Source of the DNA: Bdellovibrionales bacterium
Lineage (GTDB): Bacteria; Bdellovibrionota; Bdellovibrionia; Bdellovibrionales; UBA1609
Reading direction: 5' to 3'
DNA: 64,000 nt
Assembly: GCA_965219095.1 (NCBI GenBank)
Contig: CBDCMT010000001.1
Span: 1,248,001-1,312,000 of the forward strand
Shown here: in pieces, positions 54,828-64,000 of the stretch
Layout: the number at the start of each line of letters is the position of its first letter
Numbering within the stretch: the first letter of the stretch is position 1
Made by a program: the position numbers and the translations under genes
Notes under the pieces: generated by a model
The model's input: only the letters and a program-made list of their open reading frames with translations
Told to the model about the DNA's origin: nothing
The model's database searches: none

Positions 54828-55965
54828 TAGTGCTTCCGTTTAGGTTTTCAGGTTCCTAAGATGGAGAAGTTATCAGTTATCAAAGTTTCTAATTTAGGCC
54901 TGTGTTTTCGTATTCCTCTAAAAAATTGACTTAAACTTCCCTTGAAATCGTCATAGTTTTCATAATATCGATTCGCCGTGACCTCTTTTTTCATAAACTT
55001 CCAAAGCCTTTCTATAGGATTTAAATTCGGTGAGTACGGAGGAAGATAAACAAGTTTTATATTCAACTCTTTTGCTAACTTCTTGACAGACTTCGATCTA
55101 TTGTATCCGGCCCCATCTAAGATAAGATGAATCTCTTTTTCATCGGAATACTTCTTAATGAATATGATAGAGCATATCACATAGAAAAACTTCGTTAACT
55201 GTCTTATAACTCCTGACTATCGTCTTCAAACTATTGATCTCAATAGCTTCACAAACATTCACTCTTTTTCTCCAGCCTGAATTGGTCTTCACTTCAAACT
55301 TCTTACCCTCTCTTATCCAACCATATGAAATCGTAGGGCCCCACTCAGGATGTGTGGAATCAGCAAAGTAAACAGGACCGTCTTTCTTCTTAATTCTCTT
55401 GTATTTACGCACAAACTTTTCCTGCTTTTCTTTCTTTACCTTACTCGGTATCGCTGTGGCTTTTTTATAAGAAAAACCAAGGCGATGGAGAAGATCAATT
55501 ACACCACTTGTTAAAGTACGTAACACCAAAATTCTCCTCAATGAACTGAATAAGGGCCTGTGATGATGGAAAAATTCTTTTCTCTAATTCCTTTAAAAGC
55601 ATTTTCTCCTCTTTCTTAGTTAAAAAGGACCTTTTAGGATTGTAATTGTCGTTGATTAAACACTCTATCCCGCCTTTGTTATAACGATTTCTACAGGCTC
55701 TTATCGTGCCCTCATCAATGAAAAGAAAACGGGAAATATCTTTACACAACTCACCTTTATCTAAATGGAGAATTGTCATAATCCTTTTTGCGTATTTAAG
55801 ATTTTTCTCTAGAGATAGTTCATAGAGTAAATCTTTTCGCTCTTTTTTTGATAGAAACCCTGATATATGAAACTATTTTTAAAAATAAATGACTTTTTAT
55901 CAAGGCCTTAGAACAAAAACTAGACCTCAACTCAAAAAAAACGGAAAATCTAAACGGAAGCACTA
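54828..55965 (-). mobile_element. IS630 type B, full length, frameshifted
   Basis: Same ends and ORF fragments as 43209..44345; TA flanks. Confidence 0.93.
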
Positions 55966-56001
55966 TATAGACAGTTATTTGATTCCATAGGACAATAAAC
56001 T

Positions 56002-57564
56002 ATGGAATTTTCCTATCGGACAAGGCAACAAAATCTCAAGAAATTATACAGGGATACCTTTGATCTTGTCATCTTAGGAGGTGGTATCAATGGTGTAGCT
56101 GTTACTCGTGATGCAGTATCTCGTGGATTGAAAACAGCTCTTATTGAAGCCTGTGACTACTCTTCTGCCACAAGCTCTGCTTCTAGTAAACTCATCCATG
56201 GAGGTTTAAGATATCTAGAGCAACTTCGCATTTTTTTAACTTTTGAGTCTCTAAAAGAAAAAAATTTTCTTCTCAAGTCATCACCTCATTTAGTAAAACC
56301 CTTAGATTTTGTATTCCCTATCTATAAAGGTGATCGTTTGTCTTCTTTTCACTTACAGGCAGGACTTTTTTTATATAATTTGCTTAGTGGCTTTAAAAAC
56401 AAATGTGAAAGGTTAAGTCATAAAGATGTTTTAAAGCTTTTTCCTCTTCTCAAAATAGAGGGACTTAAAACGAGTTTTTGTTACGAAGATGCTCAAATGG
56501 ATGATGCCGGCCTAACATTTGAAGTTCTCTTATCAGCTCATAGGAAGGGTTCTATATGCGTTAATTATGTCAGAGCCTTAAAATGCTTTTCCGATAGGGT
56601 GTTAGCAAAAGATACAATAAATAACGAAACATTTGAAATTAAAACTCGCCATATTGTATCCACACTAGGGCCTTGGACCGATATCTTTTCATCACAAAAC
56701 AACATGTCTTGGAAGCCTATCTTAAGCCTCAGAAAAGGGGTCCATCTTGTTTTTTCTCAAAACGATTTGCCTTCAAAAAAAGCTCTCGTGTTTCAAAAAG
56801 ATAAAAGAATTATTTTTGTGATTCCTCAAGCAAGAAATAAAGTTTTAGTAGGTACAACAGATACAGCTTTCAAAGGAGATCCTAGAACAGTTTGTGTGAC
56901 AAAGAATGATATTGATTATCTTTTTTCAGCTTTAAAGACTTATTTTCCTCAATTCGAAGCCTCTTATGGAAAGATTGTATCTTGTTTTGCAGGGGTCAGA
57001 CCTCTTGCCAAACAGTTTTACTTAAAAGAAACTCAGATTAGCAGAAAGGAGAAAATCATCAGAAAAGACAATATCACTTTTGTTATAGGAGGTAAATATA
57101 CAACTTTTAGACCAATCGCTAAAAAAGTCCTAAACTTCGTAACTCATAAAAAATATCTTCTTAAAGACGAACCTCTTCGAGAGCTAGACTTTAGTCAAAA
57201 TTTACAAGACAAAACGCATTTCTCTACTTTCTCGACTAAAGAACAGTGTTTTCAAAAAGTACCTCAAGCTGACTATCATTTTATAACAAAACGCTTCTCT
57301 CATCTCTATAAACATCTAGATGATGAAAAAAAAGCATGGGCTCTTTTAGCTCATTATGCCTTAGAAAGGACTATGTGCCTTTCTTTGAAAGATTTTTTTC
57401 GCCTCAGAACGGACTTAACTCTCTTTGAGCCTCAAAAAGCTTATGAGCTTATTGACTTCATAGCTTCCATTTTTGAAAAAGAAATGAAATGGAGCAAAAA
57501 AGAAATGTTGCAACAAAAAAAAGAGGCCTTAAACAGTTTGACCTTTTGTCGTCCTTGTTTCTAA
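56002..57564 (+). CDS. glpD: FAD-dependent glycerol-3-phosphate dehydrogenase
   Basis: Motifs GGGING, SSASSKLIHGGLRYLEQ, GTTD, AGVRPL, GGKYTTFR. Confidence 0.92.
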   Translation: MEFSYRTRQQNLKKLYRDTFDLVILGGGINGVAVTRDAVSRGLKTALIEACDYSSATSSASSKLIHGGLRYLEQLRIFLTFESLKEKNFLLKSSPHLVKPLDFVFPIYKGDRLSSFHLQAGLFLYNLLSGFKNKCERLSHKDVLKLFPLLKIEGLKTSFCYEDAQMDDAGLTFEVLLSAHRKGSICVNYVRALKCFSDRVLAKDTINNETFEIKTRHIVSTLGPWTDIFSSQNNMSWKPILSLRKGVHLVFSQNDLPSKKALVFQKDKRIIFVIPQARNKVLVGTTDTAFKGDPRTVCVTKNDIDYLFSALKTYFPQFEASYGKIVSCFAGVRPLAKQFYLKETQISRKEKIIRKDNITFVIGGKYTTFRPIAKKVLNFVTHKKYLLKDEPLRELDFSQNLQDKTHFSTFSTKEQCFQKVPQADYHFITKRFSHLYKHLDDEKKAWALLAHYALERTMCLSLKDFFRLRTDLTLFEPQKAYELIDFIASIFEKEMKWSKKEMLQQKKEALNSLTFCRPCF

Positions 57565-57573
57565 AATAGTTTT

Positions 57574-58623
57574 ATGAACTTTGTAGAACGTTTTGGAGAT
57601 TATTTTTCCTACGATTTAGCTATTGATTTAGGAACAGCCAACACCTTAGTGTATGTGAAAAGTCATGGTATTGTTTTAGATGAGCCTTCCGTAGTAGCCG
57701 TTAGACAAACCATGGACGGCAGGCCCACTAAAGTTTTAGCGGTAGGAAAAGAAGCTAAAGAAATGTTAGGTCGGACTCCTGGAGGGATCGAAGCCATACG
57801 TCCTGTAAAAGATGGAGTTATTGCAGATTTTCACATCACACAAGCTATGTTGAAGTGTTTCATGCATAAGGCCATTAGTTATAGGAAGAGTATTTTAAAA
57901 CAAAGATTGCGGGTGATAGTTTGCGTACCCTATAACATCACACAAGTAGAAAAAAGAGCAGTCAAAGAAGCAGCTTACTCAGCAGGAGCAAGAGAAGTGT
58001 ATCTTATGGAGGAACCTATGGCTGCTGCCATAGGAGCAGAACTTCCTGTTACAGAACCTACAGGAAATATCATTGTAGATATTGGAGGAGGAACAACAAG
58101 TGTCTCTGTCATCTCTTTGGGAGGAATTATTTATTGCAAATCTATTAAAATCGCAGGTGACAAATTCGATGAGTCTATTGTGAATTACATTCATAGACAT
58201 TTTAAGCTCCTTATTGGAGAACCCACAGCAGAGTTTTTAAAAGTCAAAATTGGTAACGCCTATCCTTTTGAAACTCTCAAAATTATGGACGTAAAGGGGC
58301 GTGATTTAACTCTTGGTTCGCCAAAAGTCATAGAAGTCACAAGTGATCAAATAAGAGAAGCCTTGAACTCACCTTTAACAGCTATCTTAGATGCTGTAAG
58401 GCTGGCCTTAGAAAGAACACCACCTGAGTTAGCTTCGGACATTGTGGATAATGGCATCATTCTCACAGGAGGAGGAGCTTTACTTGCTAATCTAGATACT
58501 CTTTTAAGAGAAGCTACTCAAATTCCTGTGAGTGTAGCAGAAAGACCTCTTCGCTGTGTGGTCTTAGGAGCTGGTCAGATTCTGGATCAAATGGACCTTT
58601 TAAGACAACTGGAAGTTAGCTAA
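57574..58623 (+). CDS. mreB: Rod shape-determining protein MreB
   Basis: Motifs IDLGTANT, EEPMAAAIGA, DIGGGTT, TGGGALL. Confidence 0.96.
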   Translation: MNFVERFGDYFSYDLAIDLGTANTLVYVKSHGIVLDEPSVVAVRQTMDGRPTKVLAVGKEAKEMLGRTPGGIEAIRPVKDGVIADFHITQAMLKCFMHKAISYRKSILKQRLRVIVCVPYNITQVEKRAVKEAAYSAGAREVYLMEEPMAAAIGAELPVTEPTGNIIVDIGGGTTSVSVISLGGIIYCKSIKIAGDKFDESIVNYIHRHFKLLIGEPTAEFLKVKIGNAYPFETLKIMDVKGRDLTLGSPKVIEVTSDQIREALNSPLTAILDAVRLALERTPPELASDIVDNGIILTGGGALLANLDTLLREATQIPVSVAERPLRCVVLGAGQILDQMDLLRQLEVS

Positions 58624-58676
58624 TTTCCCTCTTATCTTACTCAAGTAAAGCACTTTTTTAGACGATAACGGAACAT

Positions 58677-59270
58677 ATGAACAAAAAAGATACAGCTTTT
58701 TTAGAAGGTCTTTGTCTAGGATTTTTCTTAGCATGCCTTTGGCTTCTTTTTCAAAATTATCAAAAAAAAGCCCCTACTCCAAAAACAAGTTCCCTAGCTT
58801 CAATAAAAAGAGACTCTCTTTCCATAAAGGACTCTTTGCTCAATCAAAAAGGTAAGAGAGCTACTCAAAAGGAAATCGAAAGACTCAACGAAAAGCTAAA
58901 GGAAGATTTCAAAAAATTAAGGACTAAAGCAATCCTCAAAACTCCTAAGCTTCATACAACAAGTTACGAAGACACACCTCTTTTTCATAAGCCCCCTGAT
59001 CATTTAGAATTAGGAGATATTTACCCAATAACAAAATACAACACTCCAAATAATTTAACAATAGAAGATGAAATTCAAGAAAAACTTGATCGACAAAGAT
59101 TCAAAAAAGATCTTGATAAAAGACAAGAAAAAGCCTTTGTCGAAGCTTTTATTCAGAAAGCAAAAAAATTAGGATACATTGTTATTGTGAATAAGAACTT
59201 AGAGATTGTCCGTATACAAAAAAACGTACCAAGAACTTTTAACTCTACTAAAAATAAAAATAAGAAATGA
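58677..59270 (+). CDS. Hypothetical protein with N-terminal TM anchor
   Basis: 197-aa ORF with a hydrophobic N-terminus. Confidence 0.7.
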   Translation: MNKKDTAFLEGLCLGFFLACLWLLFQNYQKKAPTPKTSSLASIKRDSLSIKDSLLNQKGKRATQKEIERLNEKLKEDFKKLRTKAILKTPKLHTTSYEDTPLFHKPPDHLELGDIYPITKYNTPNNLTIEDEIQEKLDRQRFKKDLDKRQEKAFVEAFIQKAKKLGYIVIVNKNLEIVRIQKNVPRTFNSTKNKNKK

Positions 59271-59430
59271 TGCAATTATAAAATTTAATTCGACACTTTT
59301 CATTTCCAAATTATGGAAATTTTGAGGAGTGACTTAAGAAAATATAATGCTTCAAAATCCACATAAAGAGCGGGATCAGAGTTTTTGTCAAAATGTCTTG
59401 ATAACATAAAGTTTTATATAAACATCTATG

Positions 59431-59574
59431 AAAAGAAAATATGGATGACCAACCTTTTTGAAAGGCTGAGACTTAAAAATCCTGATTAGAAGAGTTAGAC
59501 TCATCTAAGAAGTAAACTCATAAAAAGGAGCTTACTATTAACAACAAAAAAGGAGGTCATCCATATTTTCTTTT
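59431..59574. repeat. 144-bp segment bounded by perfect 20-bp inverted repeats
   Basis: AAAAGAAAATATGGATGACC at 59431 and GGTCATCCATATTTTCTTTT at 59555. Pairing extends inward via CCTTTTT/AAAAAGG. Confidence 0.75.
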
Positions 59575-61843
59575 TACCTCCGATCTGTTTTTACAGAGTA
59601 GTGGAAAACGCTGAAGTCGTACCCATTCTTAAAAAGAAGTTCTCTGCTCTCCTTTTCGAAAGGTAAAAATTACATCACTATAAAAAATTTATACAGTTTT
59701 TATAGTTTTAAAAAAAATAGTTTGTGTTTTTAACTTCTTTATGATAGACTCACTTTAATGATTATGAAAACAAAAAACTGGAAGTCTATAACGTTTAAAG
59801 AAGTAGGTGACAATTTTTGTCACCTTTTGAATTTTTTTACAGTCTTAGAGGCTCAGCTTTACATAATAAGGAGTTAAGCTTGGAATAGTTTTTGTAATAC
59901 ATAATTTTAGAAAGGTTAAAGCTCCTTACCTAGATATAAGAAAATAGGATTTAAAAACAAAAAAATGAAAGATAGCTATTTGAAATAAATATCTTTCACA
60001 AACAAAAGGAGGATGTTATGAAACCAAATAACAATAATATACCTGAGTTCGTGCTCAAAAATGTACACTACAGACGGACGTTTTTTTGACAAGACTTTTT
60101 CCAATAGATCTTAGTATTTTTTCTTGAACTTTATTCAAAGCTACTGTTTTGATAAGTCTAGTTTTATTTTTTCGGTCATAAAGATAGACATTATACATGC
60201 TACCGAGTTCTTCAAGAGCTTCCTCTGGAGACATCTGCATCTTTTCAAGCTTCATTTTTAGAATTGAAAGTATCAGACAAGATAAATAGCATATAAAGAC
60301 ATGTGATTGAACTCTGTTGTAAAGCCAATGACGAATTGGTCTCAAATTTGTTATTCCCTTTAAGGTCCTAAAAGATTTTTCAATTATCTCTTTCTTATAG
60401 TACAAATTAACAATATCTTTTGTAGAGATCTTTTTTGTAGAAAATATACAAGAGTAACCATCAAACTCAGATTCTAAATTCAACCGATCTCTTCTTAATC
60501 TTCCTGTTGGAGTAAGGTATTTTTCCAAACCTGGTTTTATATTTTTATTTTTGCCTCCTCAAAAGAATCTGTGGGTTCCCGGAGGTTCTGGCAGTTTTCC
60601 AAGGTTATGATATAAGGCGATTTTTATAGCTTTAGAGGTTCTAAAGCCGTAAGATTTTCTCATAGTGAGTTTTACTTTGTTGTTTAAACCCTCTACAATC
60701 CCTGGAGAAGGTTTTTTTAGCCTTGAAGTAATTAAGAATAAGTAGCTTATGTCTTCGTATGGTTTTTGCTTTTCTTTTCATAGGTTCAATTTTTGAAAGC
60801 ATGACTCGTCTCGTCCAACTGTCTATAAATTTACCAGCCCAAGTTGGTGAAACATAGGTCCATAACTGTCGGAAGTCTTCTTTTAAAAGATAACAGAGGA
60901 TACTTTTTAAATTGTACTGTATTAAATGCCTTAATTTTACTTTTTCATAAGATTTTAAATTTTCTGCATTTTTTAACAAGGGCCATCTAGCTTTTGTTAA
61001 AAGGGGTTCATACCCGTCTTCTTTCATTTTTTTGTGTTCTGAAGCTCTCACTTCGTCTAAAGCCTTATTGAGTCTTGCTACGATATGAAACCGATCTAAT
61101 ATGTGTAAAGCTCCACTTGCCCTCTCCTTTATGACTTTTAAATAAGGCTTCCACATATCAGAACACACAAACCGTATATCTTTTGACTTCTCTCCTAGTA
61201 AATCAAAGAATTTTCTAAAACTCTTTTCTGTTCTTTTTTCTCCTATCCATAGCAAACGAACACTTTCTTTGCTTATTTCATAGACTAAGGTGAGATACTG
61301 ATGGTTCTTTTTCCATTGTATTTCATCTACACCTATAGCTTGTATTCCCTTTAAAACCCTTTGTTTTAAACCATATTCTACGACCCATTCTACCGAAGCA
61401 TAGACCTGATTCCAACTGACATGAAACTTACAAGAAACCTCTTTCCAAGACAGGTGACGACACCAGTCTGCTAAATACTTCATGTAAAAGATCGTTAAAC
61501 TCTTCTTACCATCGGCCCAAGGTAAATGTTCAACTTTTACCCCACAGCAAGGACAATTAACTCTTCTTACAAAATAAACAAAAAACACCCTGTAACTTAA
61601 AATAGGAAGGGATTCAAAGTCCCGTGATGATTTACTGCTGTCATACACTGAACAGGGCTTCTTACAAACACTACAAAAAGCTTGGCCATTTTTACGAGCC
61701 TTAATAGGAACATTAATTGACTTTCTATCTTTTGAAAAATAAATGTCTCCGTATACAAAAGACTTCCATCTTAAACAATCATTTAGTATAGTCTTCAAAA
61801 GCATCTCTTCCCTCCTTTTTTTTTTTTTTTTGAATAACATTTT

Positions 61844-61874
61844 AAGGCATCTGGGAAGTAGGTGCTTCTTTTTT
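61844..61874 (+). terminator. Intrinsic-terminator-like hairpin antisense to the ISL3 transposase leader
   Basis: AAGGCATCT-GGGAAGT-AGGTGCTT then a T-tract. Conserved at ~5621-5651 and ~21555-21585. Confidence 0.5.
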
Positions 61875-61919
61875 AAAATTTTAATGTAACACAGCAAATA
61901 AAAGCAAATAAAATGAATG

Positions 61920-61979
61920 TTTTTGAGTTCAATCACCGGAGGTGATAGAGGCCAGTAAGGGCCTCAAAGAACTCAAAAA
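61920..61979. other. Covarying three-way-junction structure in the ISL3 5' leader
   Basis: An outer stem and two inner hairpins are preserved by compensatory changes in 21620..21679 and 5687..5743. Confidence 0.65.
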
Positions 61980-63680
61980 TACAAGATAGAATGTCTTACT
62001 CTTACTTTGATTAATATGAGCTCTTTTGGGGGATTTCTACTACTTTTCACCCACAGATTCCCGGGAGGAGCCTTATTTTTAGACAAAAGAATTTGTGCGT
62101 TTGCAATTTCGTCCAAACGAGATTCTCTTATATCTAAAGCTCTCCTTTGATTGTAACAAACAACTAAACGTCCTTTGATTTTTCCAACATTGTGATTAAT
62201 GCTCTGAGCATACAAGGTACCACTTGATAACCTGATGCGATGGGATACATCAACAATAGAGTCTAGCCTTATCATTTTTCTAATCAAATCCTTCTCTTTT
62301 TTTCTGAGAGCAATCCCACAAAGCGTATTCCAGCCCAAATCATTGATTTCATTGAGGTTTCTCTCTGAAAAAATGCCTCTGTCGTAAACAAACATTCCTC
62401 CACTTAGTCCATAGTTTGCAAATCCATCGGATAAACTTAGTAGAGTCCTGCTATCGTGTATGTTTCCACTAAAAGTTTTATGAAACACTGGTATTCCTTC
62501 TTTTTGAGTTGTCACCAAACCAATTTGAATCAAAGGATTTCCACGTTTCCCATCCTTACTCTTTCCTAATTTTCCAAGCTGACATTTGCTACCATAAAGG
62601 TATGTATTGGTAACATCGTACACCAACCCTTTTAGCTCAAGATTGTACCTTTTCTGAACACCTTGAAATATTTTCTTCTGTAAATTTTCTGGATCACTCT
62701 CTAAAGAATCTAGAGCAGAAAGCAAACGACTTTCGGTTAGATCCTCTAAATTTAGCAAAGTGTTTAAATCTGTTCTCTCATACCATTTTGGCATTTTTCT
62801 AAGGCTTTTGTAATCTAAACAGTGAGCATAGACCATGCTTAATATTTCATTGGAGTATTGGCCAAGAGATTTTTGCAAATCTATTTCCCTAGCTATTTTA
62901 TCTAAAACAAGCAAAGGACCATAAACCTTGACCTTTTCTATTTCAAGATCAGATGAACTCATTGAAATTACAGTTTCACCATTCTCTTCCTTCCCGATGT
63001 ACCGAATATGCTTTTGGATAACTTTTCCATCAACCCTTTTGTTCTCTACTTCTGCAAGATATGTTACCTTTCCTCTTTTTATTCTTCTGATAAAGCTCAT
63101 ATTTCTCCCTCCTATAGTGTAATATATTACACTATAAAGGAAAATGCAAGGCAAGTTATTTTTTGTGATTTTATCTAAAAATTGAAAATTCCCCTATGAA
63201 AACTGAGATTTTTATGGAAAATGGGAAATTATAGCTTTGTAGTGTACATTTTTAGTCACGAGTTTAGGTAATATAAGGAAGGTTTTAATAGCTTTATTTG
63301 CTATGGGAGCTTTAATAAACTTAAGCTTTCCTGCTTTTTCTGAAGATCTGGATCCTGAATATGTGGATTGCTCTAAATACTTTAAAAAAGAGTTAAGAGA
63401 AGTTATTTCCGAAGGAAGAATTAATATTTTCAGAAAAATATTAGAACAGTGTCAAGTTGAAGTACCTGTGAATTATAGGATTGGTTATAAAAATGAAACT
63501 ATGTTGGAATATGCCCTTGATGTTGATCGAAAAGAAATGGCAAAACTTCTTTTGTCACACAAAGCTGATGCGAATAATGAACCAGCACAAAATGCACTTA
63601 CGAAAGCAATAGAAAATGGAGATTTAACTTTTGCAAAAGCTCTTAATAAAAATGGTGCTAATTTAAGATATAGACTTATA

Positions 63681-64000
63681 TAGTGCTTCCGTTTAGGTTT
63701 TCAGGTTCCTAAGATGGAGAAGTTATCAGTTATCAAAGTTTCTAATTTAGGCCTGTGTTTTCGTATTCCTCTAAAAAATTGACTTAAACTTCCCTTGAAA
63801 TCGTCATAGTTTTCATAATATCGATTCGCCGTGACCTCTTTTTTCATAAACTTCCAAAGCCTTTCTATAGGATTTAAATTCGGTGAGTACGGAAGAAGAT
63901 AAACAAGTTTTATATTCAACTCTTTCGCGAACTTCTTGACAGACTTCGATCTATTGTATCCGGCCCCATCTAAGATAAGATGAATCTCTTTTTCATCGGA
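63681..64000 (-). mobile_element. IS630 type B, 3' end (runs off the window)
   Basis: Same right end and C-terminal ORF as the 54828 copy. Confidence 0.93.

Larger units (their letters stand above)
60553..62072 (-). mobile_element. ISL3-family element, full length; 8-bp TSD TTATTTTT; tnp starts at 61804 with a 2-bp frameshift near 60703
   Basis: CxxC zinc finger, GVDE, CSDMW, DRFH. Comparison with 2019-2030 shows the lost GA. Confidence 0.95.
60042..63268 (-). mobile_element. IS1634-family element interrupted by ISL3; 7-bp TSD TAATATA
   Basis: Copy of 41057..42749. TAATATA at 60035 and 63269. Confidence 0.95.
60018..63683 (+). pseudogene. Secreted ankyrin-repeat protein, split by IS1634::ISL3 at codon 8 and truncated by IS630
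   Basis: AGGAGG then ATG at 60018. Joined to 63276 it reads MKPNNNNIRKVLIALFAMGALINLSFPAFSED, a signal peptide. Ankyrin-like repeats TMLEYA...AKLLLSHKADAN and NALTKAIENG...NGAN. Confidence 0.8.

Noticed and set aside
57574..58623. mreB without adjacent mreCD as an anomaly
   Set aside because: Stand-alone mreB genes are common, including in Bdellovibrio.
61805..61936. N-terminal extension of the ISL3 transposase in the ORF track
   Set aside because: It is open only through the poly-A tract and is not conserved in the other leaders. The RBS points to ATG 61804.

Overview
An AT-rich bacterial chromosome segment (roughly one-third GC by eye). The core genes look Bdellovibrionota/Oligoflexia-like, which is an inference from gene content and order. 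Intact housekeeping blocks alternate with stacks of insertion sequences covering about 27 kb (~40%) of the window. Housekeeping blocks: pepA and clpP-clpX-lon with a TPR/winged-helix regulator; mgtE-greA; Rrf2-sufBCDS-nfu; tRNA-Ser and tRNA-Arg; aroA-aroB-ung with a Na+/alanine symporter and a peptide ABC ATPase; an O-methyltransferase and a HAD hydrolase; glpD-mreB. IS families: IS630 (2-3 types), IS66 (3 types), ISL3, IS3, IS5, IS481, IS982 and IS1634 (3 types), often nested or truncated. Subtracting the IS reveals genes the ORF track misses or splits: an AAA_14-type ATPase, a secreted ankyrin-repeat protein, and a short ORF after the TPR regulator. There is also a remnant of an integrase-excisionase element. 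The most unusual signals are non-coding: (i) a covarying three-way-junction structure and an antisense terminator in the ISL3 5' leader; (ii) several miniature IS derivatives of 38-145 bp, one of which supplies the start codon of an IS66 transposase; (iii) a palindromic operator in IS1634 with a compensatory double change. No CRISPR array or rRNA was seen.
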